A DNA stretch of 64,000 nt, taken from the NCBI GenBank assembly GCA_958295515.1, contig CATQGW010000001.1, positions 1,006,658 to 1,070,657 on the forward strand. Direction: 5' to 3'. Of the stretch, positions 1-7,746 are shown piece after piece. This DNA is from an uncultured Dehalococcoidia bacterium. Lineage in GTDB: Bacteria > Chloroflexota > Dehalococcoidia > Bin125. The notes under the pieces are model-generated. The model was not told the origin of the DNA and did no database searches. It saw nothing but the letters and a program-made list of their open reading frames with translations. The position numbers and the translations under genes were made by a program. Position 1 is the stretch's first letter, and every line of letters begins with the position of its first letter.

Positions 1-2637
1 GGGGGGCGCGGGGATGGTTTGGGCGGGCTCGACGCGGCGCGTTTGGGCTGGGGCGGCGGCGCGCTTGGGCGCGGCGCGTTTGGGCGCGACGGCGTGGGGG
101 GGCGGCTCGCCGGCGGCGAGGGCGGTCATGATCCGCAGGCCTTCGAAGGCGTCCTGGCCGTACCAGACTCGGCCCTCGAATTGCCCGCGCAGGTCGGATT
201 CGACGTAGCTGCGGGTGAGGGCGGCGCCGCCGAGCAGGATTGGCCAGCGCTCGGCGAGGCCGCGGCGGTTGAGCTCTTCGAGGTCGTCGCGCATGACGAG
301 GGTGGATTTGACGAGCAGGCCGGAGAGTCCGATGGCGTCGGCGTTGTGCTGCTCGGCGGCTTCGATGATGGGACCGATCGGCTGTTTGATGCCGAGGTTG
401 ACGGTGGTGAAGCCGTTGTTGCTGAGGATGATGTCGACGAGGTTTTTGCCGATGTCGTGGACATCGCCGCGGACGGTGGCGAGCACGATGGTGCCTTTGC
501 CGGCGGCGTCGCTGCGCTCCATGTGCGGTTCGAGTCGGGCGACGGAGGCTTTCATGGTCTCGGCGGACTGGAGGACGAAGGGGAGCTGCATTTTGCCGGC
601 GCCGAAGAGGTCGCCGACTTCCTGCATTGCGGGCAGCAGCAGGCCGTTGATGATCTCGAGCGCGGGGCGGTCGCGCAGGGCTTCGTCGAGGTCGTCGTGC
701 AGGCCCTCGCGGAGGCCGTCGACGATGCGACGGTGGAGGCGCTGCTCGATGCTGAGTTCGGCGATGTCGCTCTCTTCGCGGCGGACGCGGACGCCTTCGA
801 AGAGGGCCATGAACTCGGTCAGCGGGTCTGCGCCGTCGATCCATTGGTTGTGGATCAGGCGGAGGGCGGCTTCGCGCCGGCGCTCGTCGATCTGGTGGGC
901 GGGCAGGATTTGGGCGGCGTGGACGATGGCGGCGGAGAGGCCGCGGTCGACGGCTTCCTGGAGGAAGACGCTGTTGAGCACCTGGCGGGCGGCGGGGTTG
1001 AGTCCGAAGGAGACGTTGCTGACGCCGAGGATGGTCTGGGCGCGTGGGAAGCGGCGGGAGATTTCGGCGACGGCGTCGAGGGTTTCGATGCCGTCGCGGC
1101 GGAGGTCTTGCTGCCCGCTGCCGAGCGGGAGGGTGAGGGCGTCGAAGAAGAGGTCGTCGGGGGGTAGGCCGTAGTCGTCGGTGGCGATGCGGTAGAGACG
1201 CTCGGCGATTTCGAGCTTGCGCTCGCAGGTTCGGGCCTGTCCCTGCTCGTCGATGGAGAGTGCGACGACGGCGGCGCCGAAGCGGACGGCGGCGGAGAGG
1301 GTTTGGTGGAGCCGCGCGCCGCCGTCTTCGAGGTTGATGGAGTTGACGATCGCCTTGCCGCCGAGCAGCTTGAGGCCGGCTTCGAGCACGGGCGGTTCGG
1401 TGGAGTCGAGCATCAGCGGGAGAGTGGAGAGTCCGCGCGCTTTGCCGACGAGTTTGTCCATGTCGGGGACGCCGTCGCGGCCGACGAAGTCGACGCAGAT
1501 GTCGGCGACGTGCGCGCCCTCGGCGGCCTGGTCGCGGACGACGTTGGCCATCTCTTCCCAGCGTTCCTCATCGAGCAGGCGCTTGAAGCGTCGGGAGCCG
1601 TTGGCGTTGGCGCGCTCGCCGACGATCAGGAAGGAGGCGTCCTGTGCGTAGGGGACGGCGCTGAAGAGGGAGGCGGCGGCGGGCGCGAGTTGGGGGTTGC
1701 GGGCGGCGCGCTCGATGCCGCGGACGCGCTCGGAGACGGCGCGGACGTGTTCGGCGGTGGTGCCGCAGCAGCCGCCGACGATGCTGACGCCGTATTCGGC
1801 GATGAAGGTTGCGTGGGCTTCGGCGAGGGCGTCGGGGGTGAGGTCGTAGATGGTTTGTCCGTCCTCGACGCGGGGCAGGCCGGCGTTGGGCGAGCAGAGC
1901 AGGGGGAAGGGGGCGCTTTCGGCGAGGAAGCGGAGGGGCTCGTGCATGAGGTCGGGGCCGGTGGCGCAGTTGAGGCCGACGCCGGCGAGTCCGAGCGGTG
2001 CGAGGGCGGTGAGGGCGGCGGCGATCTCGCTGCCGACGAGCATCTGGCCGGTGGTTTCGATGGTGACGGTGGCGAAGATGGGGGTGTCGAGGTTGCGCTC
2101 GTCGAGCGCGTCGCGGCAGGCGAGGATGGCGGCTTTGCCCTGGAGGAGGTCGTAGACGGTTTCGACGAGCAGGGCGTCGATGTCGCCGTCGAGCAGTCCG
2201 CGGGCCTGTTCGAGGTAGGCGGCGTGGAGTTGGTCGAAGTTGATTTGGCCGAGGCTGGGGAGCTTGGTGCCGGGGCCGATGGAGCCGATGGCGAAGCGTG
2301 GGGCGTCGGTGGTCGTGAATTGGTCGGCGGCGGCGCGTGCGTGGCGGGCGGCGGCGGCGTTGATTTCGCGGGTGCGTTCGGCGAGGTCGTATTCGGCGAG
2401 GGTGACGGCGGAGGCGCCGAAGGTGTTGGTGAGGACGGCGTCGGCGCCGGCCTGGAGGTAGGAGGCATGGAGGGCCTGGACGGCCTGGGGGCAGCTGAGG
2501 TTGAGTATTTCGTTGCAGCCTTCGAGGCCGTCGAAGTCGGAGAGGGGGAGGTCCATGGTCTGGATGCCGGTGCCGGTGGCGCCGTCGAGGACGATGGCGC
2601 GTTGAGCGGCGGCGTCGAGCAGGGTGGGGCGGGGCAT
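1..2637 (-). CDS. metH: Methionine synthase (cobalamin-dependent) MetH, partial. The C-terminal AdoMet domain lies beyond window position 1.
   Basis: My minus-strand translation from the ATG at 2637-2635 reads MPRPTLLDAAAQRAIVLDGATGT..., matching the Hcy-binding domain. The reverse complement of 421-480 reads ATVRGDVHDIGKNLVDIILS, which is the B12-binding DxHxxG motif. No complete ORF appears in the track because the gene runs off the window edge. The long plus-strand ORFs here (19..1167, 1303..2784) are low-complexity wrong-frame artefacts. Confidence 0.85.
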   Translation of the reverse strand, partial: MPRPTLLDAAAQRAIVLDGATGTGIQTMDLPLSDFDGLEGCNEILNLSCPQAVQALHASYLQAGADAVLTNTFGASAVTLAEYDLAERTREINAAAARHARAAADQFTTTDAPRFAIGSIGPGTKLPSLGQINFDQLHAAYLEQARGLLDGDIDALLVETVYDLLQGKAAILACRDALDERNLDTPIFATVTIETTGQMLVGSEIAAALTALAPLGLAGVGLNCATGPDLMHEPLRFLAESAPFPLLCSPNAGLPRVEDGQTIYDLTPDALAEAHATFIAEYGVSIVGGCCGTTAEHVRAVSERVRGIERAARNPQLAPAAASLFSAVPYAQDASFLIVGERANANGSRRFKRLLDEERWEEMANVVRDQAAEGAHVADICVDFVGRDGVPDMDKLVGKARGLSTLPLMLDSTEPPVLEAGLKLLGGKAIVNSINLEDGGARLHQTLSAAVRFGAAVVALSIDEQGQARTCERKLEIAERLYRIATDDYGLPPDDLFFDALTLPLGSGQQDLRRDGIETLDAVAEISRRFPRAQTILGVSNVSFGLNPAARQVLNSVFLQEAVDRGLSAAIVHAAQILPAHQIDERRREAALRLIHNQWIDGADPLTEFMALFEGVRVRREESDIAELSIEQRLHRRIVDGLREGLHDDLDEALRDRPALEIINGLLLPAMQEVGDLFGAGKMQLPFVLQSAETMKASVARLEPHMERSDAAGKGTIVLATVRGDVHDIGKNLVDIILSNNGFTTVNLGIKQPIGPIIEAAEQHNADAIGLSGLLVKSTLVMRDDLEELNRRGLAERWPILLGGAALTRSYVESDLRGQFEGRVWYGQDAFEGLRIMTALAAGEPPPHAVAPKRAAPKRAAAPAQTRRVEPAQTIPAPP

Positions 2638-2705
2638 GGGTTGATCTTAGAGAGGGGGAGGGGTTGGTGGGTGGGGCGGGGGGCGCGGGGCTTGGGGGGC
2701 GGCAC

Positions 2706-2740
2706 GGCGAGATACCCGCGGCGGGGCGCGGGTATGACGG
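2706..2740. repeat. Palindromic hairpin element, type A: GGCGAGATACCCGCG-loop-CGCGGGTATGACGG.
   Basis: A 9-bp perfect stem ATACCCGCG/CGCGGGTAT with a 5-nt loop. The same element recurs more than 15 times in the window (3700-4510, 25240-25535, 44870-45560). Confidence 0.8.
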
Positions 2741-2776
2741 ATTCAGGGGCGCGGGTGTGGCGGATCCGGGGCTGGG

Positions 2777-3502
2777 TCAGGTGAAGAGGTGGTCGAAGGG
2801 GAGGAGTTTTGCGGCGGCGATGGCTTCCGGGGGCATTGGGGGTGGGGGGCCGGCGAGGAAGTCGGCGTTTTCTTCGAGGAATTTGACTGCCTCGGCGTAC
2901 AGTTCGGGGGAGATTTGGGAATTTTCGGTTTCGGGCGTGTTTTTCGGGTTGGGGGCGGGGTTTCTATCTGGTCGGGGCGGGTTGGGGGTGTTCGGTGTTG
3001 TTCGATCCTGTTCGGCTGTGTTCGATTGTGTTCGATCCTGTTCGATTGTGTTCGACTGTGTTCGATCCTGTTCGATGGTGTTCGATTGTGTTCGATCCGG
3101 TTCGGGGGCGGTGAGTTGGTCGTCGGGGTAGTTGAGGGTCGGCTCGGGGCGGTCGGAGAGGCTGTGTTTGTGGATTTGGTTGGCGGTCTGGCGCAGTTCG
3201 CGGCAGAGCGGGAGCAGGTCGTTGAGTTGTGAGGCGTAGCGGTAGCTTCCGTCGGGCTGGGGTTGGAGGGTGGCGGCGAGGGCGAACTGGAGGGCGGCGA
3301 GGGAGGAGAGCAGGGCGTCGTTGGCGGCCTGGCGGGTGATGTCGTGCCAGTGTTGTTCGAGCAGGCGGAGGTCTGCTTGGATGGCGGCGGGGTCGGCGTC
3401 GAGGTTGGCGGCGATGTTTTGGGTGGTGGCGCCGGCCTGGCGGAGGTAGTGGGCGCTGAGGATGCGCTGGCGTTGTTGTGGGGAGATGGTGGCGGCACTC
3501 AT
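2777..3502 (-). CDS. Hypothetical protein with an N-terminal HTH-like region and an internal DRTQSNTIEQ-type repeat. It has an inverted paralog at 62217..62894.
   Basis: A 241-aa ORF in the track. Its N-terminus, MSAATISPQQRQRILSAHYLRQAGATTQNIAANL, is ~85% identical to the 62217..62894 product. The upstream ~80 bp is also shared. The central part is encoded by 10-bp tandem DNA repeats. Confidence 0.6.
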   Translation of the reverse strand: MSAATISPQQRQRILSAHYLRQAGATTQNIAANLDADPAAIQADLRLLEQHWHDITRQAANDALLSSLAALQFALAATLQPQPDGSYRYASQLNDLLPLCRELRQTANQIHKHSLSDRPEPTLNYPDDQLTAPEPDRTQSNTIEQDRTQSNTIEQDRTQSNTAEQDRTTPNTPNPPRPDRNPAPNPKNTPETENSQISPELYAEAVKFLEENADFLAGPPPPMPPEAIAAAKLLPFDHLFT

Positions 3503-3575
3503 GTTCTGTATTGGACGCTGGTGGGGTGGGTTTTGTCAAATTGGGTGGGGTGTTGGGGGTTGCATTGGGGGGTGG
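2830..3575. repeat. Left copy of a ~740-bp inverted duplication; the partner is at ~62135..62840.
   Basis: The reverse complement of 3503-3560 (...gcaacccccaacaccccacccaatttgacaaaacccaccccaccagcgtccaatacagaacATG) is near-identical to 62150-62219. The encoded proteins align over ~200 aa and diverge only at the extreme C-terminus. Confidence 0.75.
2990..3110. repeat. About 12 tandem copies of a 10-bp unit (TGTTCGATYS) inside a coding region.
   Basis: Direct reading gives tgttcgatcc tgttcggctg tgttcgattg tgttcgatcc tgttcgattg tgttcgactg and so on. The unit length is not a multiple of 3, so three units encode one 10-aa peptide repeat. Confidence 0.85.
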
Positions 3576-3589
3576 GGGGGTGGGGCGGG

Positions 3590-4560
3590 TCGTTTTCGTC
3601 ATTCCCGCGAACGCGGGAATCTCGTGGCGTGGCTTCGGAGGTTGGGCGGGGGAGATTCCCGCTTTCGCGGGAATGACGGAAAGGGGGCTTGGGAGGCGGC
3701 ACGGCGAGATACCCGCGGCAAGCGCGGGTATGACGGATCTGTGGGCGCGGGGGTGGCGGATCTATAGGCGCGGGTGTGACGGAAAGGGGGGCAGGGCTTG
3801 GGAGGTTGCGCGGGGGGATTCCCGCGTTCGCGGGAATGACGGAAAGGAGGGGGCGGGAATGGTCGCCAAAGGGATGTGGGGATGGCGGAAGTGAGGGGGC
3901 CGGTGTGCGACGGAGGTGGGGGTGGGGCTTGGAGGGTGGGACGGCGAGATACCCGCGGCGGGGCGCGGGTATGACGGATCTATGGGTGCGGGGATGACGG
4001 AAGAGGGGGTGCGGGGTGACGGAAGTGAGAGCGGGGCTTGGGAGGTTGTGCGGGGGAGATTCCCGCTTTCGCGGGAATGACGGAATTTTGGGAGCGCTGG
4101 AGACGGTGCGGGGGCTTGGTGCTGCTCACGGCGAGATACCCGCGGCAAGCGCGGGTATGACGGATCTGTGGGTGCGGGTGTGACGGATCTACGGGGGCGG
4201 GGATGGCGGAGGTGAGGGGGCAGGTGTGCGGCGGAGGTGGGGGTGGGGCTTGGAGGGTTGGGCGGGGGGGATTCCCGCTTTCGCGGGAATGACGGAATTT
4301 TGGGAGCGCTGGAGACGGCGCGGGGGCTTGGTGCTGCTCACGGCGAGATACCCGCGGCAAGCGCGGGTATGACGGATCTATGGGCGCGGGTGTGACGGAT
4401 CTACGGGGGCGGGGATGACGGAAGTGAGGGGGCGGGTGTGTGGCGGAGGTGGGGGTGGGGCTTGGAGGGTTGGACGGCGAGATACCCGCGGCGGGGCGCG
4501 GGTATGACGGATCTATGGGGGCGGGTATGACGGAAGAGGGGCGCGGGAGTGACGGAAGAG
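3590..4560. repeat. Tandem array (~210-bp period, 4-5 units) of composite hairpin elements, type A plus type B (GATTCCCGCKTTCGCGGGAATGACGG).
   Basis: The block 4060-4270 is repeated almost exactly at 4270-4480. Each unit contains one ATTCCCGC/GCGGGAAT hairpin, one ATACCCGCG/CGCGGGTAT hairpin and G-rich spacers. The ORFs the track predicts here (3776..3997, 3980..4360 and others) are periodic artefacts. Confidence 0.85.
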
Positions 4561-4569
4561 AGGGGTGGG

Positions 4570-5214
4570 TTAGCGGTTGCGGCGGAGGAAGTTTAGGGGG
4601 TTGTTGGTGCGTTGGGTTTCTCGTTGGGTTTGGGCGGCGGCTAGGTCGGATTCGGCTTTTTCGGTTTGGCGGCGGAGGCGGTTGAGTTCTTTGCGGCGTT
4701 CGTCGAAGGCGGCTTCGTGCTCGGCGAGGGCGGCTTGAGCTTGGGACTCGGCGGCTTGGGCGGCGGCGGCGGTTTGCTCGGCGGTTTGGAGTTTGGTTTG
4801 GGTTTCGGTGAGTTGGGCGGCGGCGGCGTCGCGCGCGGCTTCGGCTGCGGCGAGCGCTTGATGTGCGGCTTGGAGCGCTGTCTCGGTGGATTGGCGCGCT
4901 GTTTCGAGCGTGGATTCGGTTTCGGCGGCTTGCTCGGCTTTGGCGAGGGCGGCGTCGCGCTCGGATTTGGCCTGGTTGAGCTGTTCGGTGAGGGCGGCGA
5001 TTTGGGCGCGGAGGGGTTCGGTGTCGTCGCCGATTTCGGCGAGGCGGGCGGCGAGTTTTTCGGCTCGGTTTTGGGCTTCGAGGGCGCGGGCGGAGGCGGC
5101 TTTTTCGCGTTCTTCGTAGACGCGGGCGCGTTCGACCGCGGTTTTGCGGCTTTGTTCGGCGCGCTCGGCGGCGGCGCGCGCCTGGCGCAGTTGGGCGGGC
5201 AGGCTGAGACTCAT
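4570..5214 (-). CDS. Coiled-coil protein of unknown function; alanine, glutamate and glutamine make up more than 50% of residues.
   Basis: This is the C-terminal frame of track ORF 4570..6144. It starts at the internal Met (MSLSLPAQLRQARAAAERAEQ...). The upstream part of the 524-aa ORF overlaps icd in another frame and is arginine-rich junk. Confidence 0.5.
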   Translation of the reverse strand: MSLSLPAQLRQARAAAERAEQSRKTAVERARVYEEREKAASARALEAQNRAEKLAARLAEIGDDTEPLRAQIAALTEQLNQAKSERDAALAKAEQAAETESTLETARQSTETALQAAHQALAAAEAARDAAAAQLTETQTKLQTAEQTAAAAQAAESQAQAALAEHEAAFDERRKELNRLRRQTEKAESDLAAAQTQRETQRTNNPLNFLRRNR

Positions 5215-5252
5215 GGGTGGCCTCTGCTGGGGGCGGCCTCTGCTGGGGGCGG

Positions 5253-6467
5253 TCAGGCGCCGGCGCGCACCTGGTCGATGGCCTCTTGCCAGCGCGATTC
5301 GAGCTGGGGGTCGCGGACGGTGTCGACGACGTAGTCGCCGAAGTCGGCGGTGGTGGCGCCGGTGTCGCGTCCGGTCATGACCAGCTTTTTTTCGTATTGG
5401 CCGCAGAGGTCCATGGCTTTGTCGAGGCGTTGGCCGAGCTCGTTGTAGCCGATGTGGCTGAGCAGCATTGCGCCGGCGCGGAGCATGGAGGAGGGGTCGG
5501 CGTAGATGTCGCGTCCCTCGCGGACCATGCGGGGGGCGGAGCCGTGGATGGCCTCGAACATGGCGGTTTTGGTGCCGAGGTTGGCTGCGCCGGCGGTGCC
5601 GACGCCGCCCTGGAATTCGGCGGCTTCGTCGGTGAGGATGTCGCCGTAGAGGTTGGGCAGGACGAAGACTTCGAAGTTGGCGCGGCGCTTGGGGTCGACG
5701 AGCTTGGCGGTCATGATGTCGATGTACCAGCCCTCCCACTCGATGTCTGGGTAGTCCTCGCCGACTTTGCGGGCGGCGTCGAGGAAGGAGCCGTCGGTGG
5801 TTTTGACGACGTTGGCTTTGGTGACGACGGTGACGCTCTTTTTGCCGTTCTGTTTGGCGAATTCGAAGGCGGCGCGGATGATGCGCTCGTTGCCGGGGTT
5901 GGAGAGGATTTTGAAGTCGACGTTGAGGTCGCCGATGCTGAAGCCTTCGCTGCCGACGGCGTAGAGGTCTTCGGTGTTCTCGCGGAAGAAGGTCCAGTCG
6001 ATGCCTTCGGCGGGGACGCGGACGGGTCGGACGTTGGCGAAGAGGTCGAGCACCTTGCGCATGGCGACGTTGGCGCTCTCGATGTTGGGCCAGCCGTCGC
6101 CCTGTTCGGGGGTGGTGGTGGGGCCTTTGAGGGTGACGTCGCACTCGTGGATTTCCTGGAGCACGGCTTCGGGGATGGCGGCGAGTTCTTCGGCGCGGCG
6201 CTCGATGGTGAGTCCGTCGATGGTGCGGAAGCGGACGCGGCCGGCGGCGACGGGTTCGGCGAGCAGTTCTTCGAGGACGCGCTGGGACTCGCGGGCGATG
6301 GCGGGTCCGATGCCGTCGCCGCCGAGCACGCCGATGGTGATGGTGTCGAGGGCGGGGTAGTCGGTGGGGGGACCCTGGGCTTTGATGCCGTCGACGCGCT
6401 GTTGCTGCGCGGTGAGCAGTTCGCCGAAGCGGTTCTTGGCCTGTTCGATGTTGTCCACAGGGGGCAT
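5253..6467 (-). CDS. icd: NADP-dependent isocitrate dehydrogenase (prokaryotic type).
   Basis: 404 aa. Family motifs present: KGPTTTP, NLYGDILTDEAAEFQGGVGTAGAANLG and FEAIHGSAP. These match the isocitrate/isopropylmalate dehydrogenase family, and the length fits Icd rather than LeuB. Confidence 0.75.
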   Translation of the reverse strand: MPPVDNIEQAKNRFGELLTAQQQRVDGIKAQGPPTDYPALDTITIGVLGGDGIGPAIARESQRVLEELLAEPVAAGRVRFRTIDGLTIERRAEELAAIPEAVLQEIHECDVTLKGPTTTPEQGDGWPNIESANVAMRKVLDLFANVRPVRVPAEGIDWTFFRENTEDLYAVGSEGFSIGDLNVDFKILSNPGNERIIRAAFEFAKQNGKKSVTVVTKANVVKTTDGSFLDAARKVGEDYPDIEWEGWYIDIMTAKLVDPKRRANFEVFVLPNLYGDILTDEAAEFQGGVGTAGAANLGTKTAMFEAIHGSAPRMVREGRDIYADPSSMLRAGAMLLSHIGYNELGQRLDKAMDLCGQYEKKLVMTGRDTGATTADFGDYVVDTVRDPQLESRWQEAIDQVRAGA

Positions 6468-6746
6468 GGTTGTTCTCCTTAGGGCGCGGGCGGCGGGCGC
6501 AGTGTCGCCGGGGGCGCGGGCGCTTGCATCATACCCGCCTGCGCGCTGTGTTCAGCCTTCGTGGTGCGAATGTGTGTGCTGAGTGAGGGGTTGGCTACCG
6601 TCGCGGGCGAAGATGCCGGCCTCGCGACGGCGCGAGTCGGGGCCTTGGAAGTCCCCCTGCGCCGTTGCCGCAGCGATGCGGCGTGGGCTCAATTCTTCTG
6701 CGGGGCGGGGGTGGGGAGGACGTTTGAGACGGGTTCGTTGCTGCGG

Positions 6747-7700
6747 CTATTCGTCGGAGCCGATGGTTGCGGAGAGCCAGAGGATGCGATTGTTGCGCCA
6801 GCCGATGATTGGGGCGGCGTTGTGGATGACGATCTTTAGCGTCGCATCGAGCGTGTTGACGGCGAGTATGCCGTCGGTGGTGCGGAGTAGGAAGGCGGAG
6901 CTGTCGGCGTTCCAGAGTGGGGGTGATGCACTGCCGACCGGTAGGATGCGAACGCTGCCATCCGCGCCCCTGAGCATTGTCTGTACGCTCCCGACCGTCG
7001 CTACCCATTGACGATTCGGGGATAGGGGGCGGCCTTGTGCGAGGTCCAGAGGAAGCTCTGCGTCGCTCACCATGCGTTCGAGCGACGGGTTGCCGCCGTT
7101 GATGTCGATGGAATAGATCGCGTAGGTGTATTGCCGCTGTTGTTCGATTGCCGCCGCCCAGCGGCCGGAGGGTGATGCCAGCAGGGTGTGCGCCAGACCG
7201 CGATCGGGGAGCAGCAGCGCGTCGCGTCGATGTACCTCGTTGTTTACCATGCGCAGTTCTCCTGCGGTGGTTGGATAGCCTGCGGTCAGCGTCGGTTCGA
7301 CGAGCGGTCCGGGCAGGGTGATGCGACGCGGGGCGTTGGCTGCGTGATGCAGGAGTATGGTTGGGTCGGACGTATGCTCCAGCCAACCGGGGGTCATTGG
7401 TACGATTTCATAAAGAGCGCCGGTAGCGGGATTGCCGGCGACCAGCGTGTATCCGCGAGATGTGTAGGTTAAGAAGACAAGCCGCTCGGGCTCACGGAGC
7501 CAACCAACGACGCCGTAATGACGCGCTGTCCATTCGCCGGTCATAAGGCCATTCTGGTTGTATACGCGGACGAACTCGGGCACGTTCGCGGCGCCGCTTG
7601 TTGCGACGGGTTCGCGGTGGTGTTGCGCGTCGCCGTGGTGTGTGAGAGGCGAAAGCGCGAGAACGATGGCGAGTGTTAGCCAGGCGAGCGCTAATAACAT
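6747..7700 (-). CDS. Secreted or membrane-anchored hypothetical protein.
   Basis: 317 aa with an N-terminal hydrophobic signal (MLLALAWLTLAIVLALSPL). I recognise no family motif. Confidence 0.5.
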   Translation of the reverse strand: MLLALAWLTLAIVLALSPLTHHGDAQHHREPVATSGAANVPEFVRVYNQNGLMTGEWTARHYGVVGWLREPERLVFLTYTSRGYTLVAGNPATGALYEIVPMTPGWLEHTSDPTILLHHAANAPRRITLPGPLVEPTLTAGYPTTAGELRMVNNEVHRRDALLLPDRGLAHTLLASPSGRWAAAIEQQRQYTYAIYSIDINGGNPSLERMVSDAELPLDLAQGRPLSPNRQWVATVGSVQTMLRGADGSVRILPVGSASPPLWNADSSAFLLRTTDGILAVNTLDATLKIVIHNAAPIIGWRNNRILWLSATIGSDE

Positions 7701-7746
7701 CTCGGCTTCTCACGTTGCGGGGGCATGCGGGAGCGGCTGCTTTGGG

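Noticed and set aside
3590-4560. Possible CRISPR array (regular short palindromic repeats).
   Set aside because: The entire ~210-bp unit, including the would-be spacers, repeats near-identically. Three different hairpins alternate and no cas genes are present. This is a satellite or REP-type array, not repeat-plus-unique-spacer.
4570-6144. 524-aa minus-strand ORF.
   Set aside because: Its 5' two-thirds overlap the well-supported icd gene on the same strand in another frame and are Arg/Pro/His-rich, a high-GC frame artefact. Only the 3' 214 codons (coiled-coil protein) were retained.
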